From Escherichia phage Henu8: a stretch of DNA of 49,890 nucleotides. The first letter of the stretch is position 1; every line of letters begins with the position of its first letter. The notes under the pieces are model-generated. The model did not search any database and was not told the origin of the DNA. It saw only the letters and a list, made by a program, of their open reading frames with translations. Of this stretch, positions 45,954-49,890 are shown in pieces. Location of the stretch: sequence record NC_049853.1. One strand, written 5' to 3'. The position numbers and the translations under genes are program-made.

Positions 45954-46340
45954 ATGAGAAAGTTATCAGCAATCGCGATCGCTGTTATTTTGTCTGGATG
46001 TTCAAGCGTTACGCCACTGACCGGATTGATAGGAAGCAAGCCTGAGATAACAGCACAGGCAGGAGCAGAGAACGTAAAGCAGACCGTTGGCGTTACCGCA
46101 AAGCAGGACACCAGTACAAAACAGGAAACTACAATAAAGGAATCTGCGGTTGATAAGGTGGACACGTCCAGCAAGAAGGATTTCACTACATCAACCATTC
46201 AGGCTAACACCATCAAGGCTGATAAAATCCAGGTCGTGCAAGGTAATAACGGCAGATGGTACGACCCCATAATCATATGCGTGGTTGTGCTCATTGTGCT
46301 GATTTGGCTTTACTGGAGGGAAAAGAAAAAGGAGGCTTAA
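45954..46340 (+). CDS. unimolecular spanin (lipoprotein with C-terminal TMD)
   Basis: 128 aa; lipobox ILSGC at N-terminus; C-terminal TMD PIIICVVVLIVLIWLYW plus basic tail; last gene of the lysis cassette. Confidence 0.7.
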   Translation: MRKLSAIAIAVILSGCSSVTPLTGLIGSKPEITAQAGAENVKQTVGVTAKQDTSTKQETTIKESAVDKVDTSSKKDFTTSTIQANTIKADKIQVVQGNNGRWYDPIIICVVVLIVLIWLYWREKKKEA

Positions 46341-46356
46341 CGCCTCCTTTGTTATT
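46321..46356. terminator. bidirectional terminator between lysis cassette and convergent minus-strand operon
   Basis: A-run, AGGAGGC-TTAAC-GCCTCCT hairpin, T-rich. Confidence 0.55.
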
Positions 46357-46546
46357 CAATACGCTTTACAGTAACCAACAAAACGCCGTCCTCATCACAC
46401 AAATTATGCTCTGATATATCAAACGCTCGCATGTCAGAATGAATGAGCGTTAACATTGCGTGCATGAAATCGTCATGTGAGATTGAACTTACGGCGCAGA
46501 ACTTCAATATTTTGTCTATTAGCATTTGACGTAAACAATTCTTCAT
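46352..46546 (-). CDS. hypothetical protein (start uncertain)
   Basis: ORF track; overlaps 3' end of upstream gene by 74 nt, internal ATGs possible. Confidence 0.3.
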   Translation of the reverse strand: MKNCLRQMLIDKILKFCAVSSISHDDFMHAMLTLIHSDMRAFDISEHNLCDEDGVLLVTVKRIE

Positions 46547-46865
46547 CGCTCATTTCTCCGATCCGTAAAACATCCCTTACCCATTCGTTTTGCATACCTT
46601 CAAGGCTGTAAAGTTCAAACGAGAAAGGGCGATTTGCCGATCCTTTCTTACACCAGAACTTTCCACCAACTCCATCAAGATAACCAGCGGTCATCATTCT
46701 TGCGCAAAACTCTTTTGAAACAGCAGTCGCAAACATTCTCGGCGTAAACCCTGCGGCCCTTGCGAGCCGCTCACATTCTCTATGCTGAAATATAAATTTT
46801 GCTATATGTTGACGTGTAAACCATTCGAATGACTCACACCAGCGATACAGATCCAGAAGAAACAT
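46473..46865 (-). CDS. hypothetical protein (130 aa)
   Basis: ORF 46473..46871 (GTG) trimmed to first ATG 46865; GGGGTGA SD; overlaps stop of upstream gene. Confidence 0.5.
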   Translation of the reverse strand: MFLLDLYRWCESFEWFTRQHIAKFIFQHRECERLARAAGFTPRMFATAVSKEFCARMMTAGYLDGVGGKFWCKKGSANRPFSFELYSLEGMQNEWVRDVLRIGEMSDEELFTSNANRQNIEVLRRKFNLT

Positions 46866-46867
46866 AA

Positions 46868-48451
46868 TCACCCCAACAATGTTGGATTTACGAAAACAAC
46901 GCCATTAATCACACAAATATAATTTCTTTCTTCAAGCATCGGCAGCAGTTGCGTTTCCATGCGCTTCATTACGCCAGCCTGACCAACAAACGGCTTAACT
47001 TTTCGTGCTGCCTCATATATGGCGCGCACATTCAAGATTCCCTTATTAGCCTTGCCGTGTCGAGTGATGATCTCGATTAGTTTACCCATTTCAGCATCAT
47101 CACCAGCGTAGCCAGAAGCGTTGGCGGCGCTAATGTATGTTTTGCTCAACTCGCTAAACATCAGTAATGCTTCCTGAACGGTTTCAACTTCAATCTCTTT
47201 CGACTTCTGAGGGTATCCGCCAGGATTAAACCAGTTGCGGATAGTGTGCAAAACTGAAGCAATCCTGATCACCTGCTTATCCATTTTGCCAAGCGCGCCG
47301 CGCAGCATTGTATGCGAATACTTTCCTCCATCGGCAAGGTGCGGCTCCATCTCCTGACGAGCCATGTTAAGCACTCGCATTGCTGATTTGCTGATCTTAA
47401 GCTGGATGTTTGATTCGCTCATGATGTTATGGATCAGCTTAAAATATTGACTTTTCAGTTCTCCATCAACAGGCTCATAAGTCGAATCACCGTTATCATC
47501 AACAAACTTTCTACGGCCTAAAAATGATTCCTCACGTACAAGCAAATAACGCTCACTTACACCGATACCGCGCGATCCTGCATCCATGATGGCATTGATT
47601 GTTTCATCCTGGGCAATTACGGCCATACAGCCAAGAGCTTTAAAACTCATATTGTTGTCAGCGTTTGCACGAGCTATAGAAACATGACCATGATCCCATG
47701 CTTTTAGCACAAGTTCGCTGTTGGTTTTACGTTCGCTATTGGCATATGTCAGACCTAAAAGGCTGTTAATACTCGTTGCCTCGTCTGAAATTACAGCAAA
47801 GTTTCCCTGGCGGTTGTTGATTCTTGCAAGTCCTTCCGGCGTTGTGTCTGAGACAGGGAAAACAATGTCACACATCTTTTCCAGCTTTTCTTCCAGATCT
47901 TCTTTCTCCTGGTACAGAGATTCCATATCAGCTCCGGAACGCTCGCTTTTCATTTCCTTTGCAAGACCTGCCAACTTTGCCTGAATCTTTTTTCGTTCCT
48001 TCTTTCGCTGATCATTAATTCTTTCCACCTCAGCAACCATAGGAGCAAGTGCCAGGCTGTTAACGGCAGATTTACCAGTTGAAGGAGGCTGACTTGTAAC
48101 AACATAAAGAGCGGTCGGCTGATCCGTTCCGTGATACTCAACAGTGAAGCGTCCAAGCATTGCAGCAGACACGCAGCCGATAAAATGCATATATGCCGAT
48201 GATTCAGGGAACTGAACTGATCGAGCAATGTTGCGCGCCAACTTTCCAACAACATCAACATCATTGCCAAGAGAAATTACAGGGTAGCGATCGTTTCCGT
48301 TATTAACATCATTAACCTCACCCCAAAAGCTGGACGATTGACGGTATCCGTTTGCCTGAATGGACACGCGCACCGGAGACAATCCTTGTGCATCAGCTAA
48401 TTCGATAATTTGTTTTGGTGTTAGTTTATTGGTTTCAAACGAAAAATTCAT
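46868..48451 (-). CDS. large early P-loop protein (527 aa, function unknown)
   Basis: Trimmed to ATG 48451 (AAGGAG SD, 9-nt spacer); Walker A-like TSQPPSTGKS; Lys/Glu-rich coiled-coil segment. Confidence 0.6.
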   Translation of the reverse strand: MNFSFETNKLTPKQIIELADAQGLSPVRVSIQANGYRQSSSFWGEVNDVNNGNDRYPVISLGNDVDVVGKLARNIARSVQFPESSAYMHFIGCVSAAMLGRFTVEYHGTDQPTALYVVTSQPPSTGKSAVNSLALAPMVAEVERINDQRKKERKKIQAKLAGLAKEMKSERSGADMESLYQEKEDLEEKLEKMCDIVFPVSDTTPEGLARINNRQGNFAVISDEATSINSLLGLTYANSERKTNSELVLKAWDHGHVSIARANADNNMSFKALGCMAVIAQDETINAIMDAGSRGIGVSERYLLVREESFLGRRKFVDDNGDSTYEPVDGELKSQYFKLIHNIMSESNIQLKISKSAMRVLNMARQEMEPHLADGGKYSHTMLRGALGKMDKQVIRIASVLHTIRNWFNPGGYPQKSKEIEVETVQEALLMFSELSKTYISAANASGYAGDDAEMGKLIEIITRHGKANKGILNVRAIYEAARKVKPFVGQAGVMKRMETQLLPMLEERNYICVINGVVFVNPTLLG

Positions 48452-48480
48452 TGATGATAACTCCTTTTTTTGATGCGGCA

Positions 48481-48525
48481 ATAATACCGCACCAATGCTA
48501 CCCGCATTTAACAAAAAATGCTATT
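48481..48525 (-). promoter_or_regulatory. conserved phage promoter motif + -10 (TATTAT)
   Basis: Minus-strand AAATAGCATTTTTTGTTAAA with stop TAG of gene 48521..48742 embedded; TATTAT about 20 nt downstream. Confidence 0.45.
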
Positions 48526-48742
48526 TGATCCGCTCTATGCTAACTAAGATTTTTTCTGGTTCCCTTGCGCTATTGCAATGCGCGGTTACAGAATCAGCAA
48601 AATCAAAGTAAAGTGATTTGTGATATGATAATCCAATCAGCCACCCAACCATTGTTTTCTTTATTGGCCTGACTATATCGCCAGGCTTGAAGGTTTTTGT
48701 TGCCGAATGAGTCACCTTATAGCGATATTCAGCCTTGATCAC
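48521..48742 (-). CDS. hypothetical protein (73 aa, GTG start)
   Basis: ORF track; GTG overlapping TGA of upstream gene; GAGG 10 nt upstream. Confidence 0.45.
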   Translation of the reverse strand: MIKAEYRYKVTHSATKTFKPGDIVRPIKKTMVGWLIGLSYHKSLYFDFADSVTAHCNSAREPEKILVSIERIK

Positions 48743-49125
48743 TTATACATAGCCTCAAACAAATGACAGCCACCAGCGGAAAATCCAACTTCTTCGCGGT
48801 ATAGCGTCCAGCGGTCGCCAGCTTCATCAAACACATAACCAGCAACAGCGCCAAGCGCGCGGCCTTGCTCAATCTGGTAGCGCTTTCCTTCTTTGAAATG
48901 CTTTTTACACGGGATCTTGTGATCTACAAAGGTGCATTTAATTGTTTTTGTCTTGATATGACGATAGTCAGATTCAACAGCGTTTTGCCACTTGCTACCC
49001 TTTGTAATGCTCTTTACCTGGAATTGTTCCAACTCGATCACATCATCGCTACCAGCAATTTTTTCGTATACAGCTTTATAACGACAGTTCATCAAAACGT
49101 TGGTTTTATTGCAGATAACTTTCAT
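48739..49125 (-). CDS. hypothetical protein (128 aa)
   Basis: ORF track; AAGGAG SD; preceded by promoter motif. Confidence 0.55.
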   Translation of the reverse strand: MKVICNKTNVLMNCRYKAVYEKIAGSDDVIELEQFQVKSITKGSKWQNAVESDYRHIKTKTIKCTFVDHKIPCKKHFKEGKRYQIEQGRALGAVAGYVFDEAGDRWTLYREEVGFSAGGCHLFEAMYK

Positions 49126-49156
49126 CGTTTATTTCTCCTTTCGTTTCGGTGAAGTG

Positions 49157-49200
49157 ATTATGCCAGGCTTTTACACCTGGCTTTTAACAAAAAGTGCTAT
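49157..49200 (-). promoter_or_regulatory. conserved phage promoter motif + -10 (CATAAT)
   Basis: Minus-strand AAATAGCACTTTTTGTTAAAAG with stop TAG embedded; 18-nt spacer with GCCAGG..CCTGGC inverted repeat; CATAAT. Confidence 0.55.
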
Positions 49201-49890
49201 TTTGCGTTTGCTTCAAAGACGGCGCGAGCAAAACCGCGCGGTGTGAGGGAGCGGATCATCTTTGTGCGAGATGATTTTCCGCCAGTTTTGACCCAACCAG
49301 GATTATCCTTGTTGTCCTCTTTCGGAAGGATTGTTGCGCGCGGAGGAATAACAAATCCGTTTCCAGTCCAAAGGCATGTTTTCTTAAAGTACCGATCCCG
49401 CGCCGGAATAATATCAGGAAAGTCGGGATGTTTATCATCTTCCGACAGATAGCCAGCATAATCGCACGGATGGAACGTATAATCAGGCTTGCGCCATAGC
49501 GTTGACAGCTTGCCTACAGGATTCTCTATCATGTACGGAACACCGAAATAATCAGCAATTTGCGCAGCAATTTTGCAAGTGTCGGCGGCCTCATCCTGGA
49601 ACGCTGGATTCTCAAGGCGTTTTTTGGTCCAATGGCGAGATCCGCTATTTGCAAGGTCAGTGCACGGCGGAAATGCCATAATGAAATCAGGCTTGCCCCA
49701 ATTTTCAAGTTTTGCGGTATATTTGAATAGCTCATCAATCCACACATTAACGTAAAAAATATTATCATGGATTATGCGCACTGACTGGTAATCACCGTGA
49801 TCGCCACCGTCAGAATTAAAGCAAATGCATTTATATCCAGCATCAGCCCAATCTTTAACGGCTTTACCAGATCCATCAAACAAAGAGAAT
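49197..49890 (-). CDS. DNA methyltransferase-like protein (C5-cytosine MTase-like PC and ENV-like motifs), partial, N-terminus beyond window end
   Basis: Open to window edge; FPPCTDLANSG (PC motif-like) and MIENPVG (ENV-like) about 45 aa apart. Confidence 0.4.
   Translation of the reverse strand, partial: FSLFDGSGKAVKDWADAGYKCICFNSDGGDHGDYQSVRIIHDNIFYVNVWIDELFKYTAKLENWGKPDFIMAFPPCTDLANSGSRHWTKKRLENPAFQDEAADTCKIAAQIADYFGVPYMIENPVGKLSTLWRKPDYTFHPCDYAGYLSEDDKHPDFPDIIPARDRYFKKTCLWTGNGFVIPPRATILPKEDNKDNPGWVKTGGKSSRTKMIRSLTPRGFARAVFEANAK

Noticed and set aside
1-49890. Integrase, repressor or attachment site indicating a temperate phage or prophage boundary
   Set aside because: No tyrosine or serine recombinase-like ORF, CI-like repressor module or flanking bacterial genes were seen; content and organisation fit a virulent T1-like phage.

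Overview
The window reads as a near-complete genome of a virulent T1-like siphophage (Drexlerviridae-type); no integrase or repressor module was seen. All calls rest on reading the sequence and ORF track by eye; no database search or alignment was run. Layout: a minus-strand early cluster at both window ends (1-1915 and 46352-49890, partial genes at both edges); a long plus-strand block of small early genes (2651-10843, including an HAD phosphatase, a P-loop kinase and two lipoproteins); the packaging, head and tail module (10924-31534: TerS, TerL, portal, capsid, G/GT chaperone with a -1 frameshift, tape measure, M/L/K/I/J-like tail tip); a Cor-like lipoprotein; a recombination/replication module (exonuclease, Erf, SSB, primase, helicase, VRR-NUC, Dam); an HNH-AP2 endonuclease; and a lysis cassette (holin, endolysin, unimolecular spanin). 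The most unusual signals are: (1) a ~20-nt motif (ATAGCACTTTTTGTTAAAAC) present 19 times, 14 followed at a fixed 17-18 nt by a -10-like hexamer and 12 carrying the upstream gene's stop codon; (2) two homologous ~230-bp TA/TG-rich elements in the two large non-coding regions, each beside a strong sigma70-like promoter; (3) a self-contained minus-strand two-gene cassette between SSB and the tail fibre gene that encodes a 29-aa Gly/Ala-rich peptide missed by the ORF track; (4) tandem paralogues among structural genes and a duplicated 'MAEYG' pair between the J-like gene and cor.
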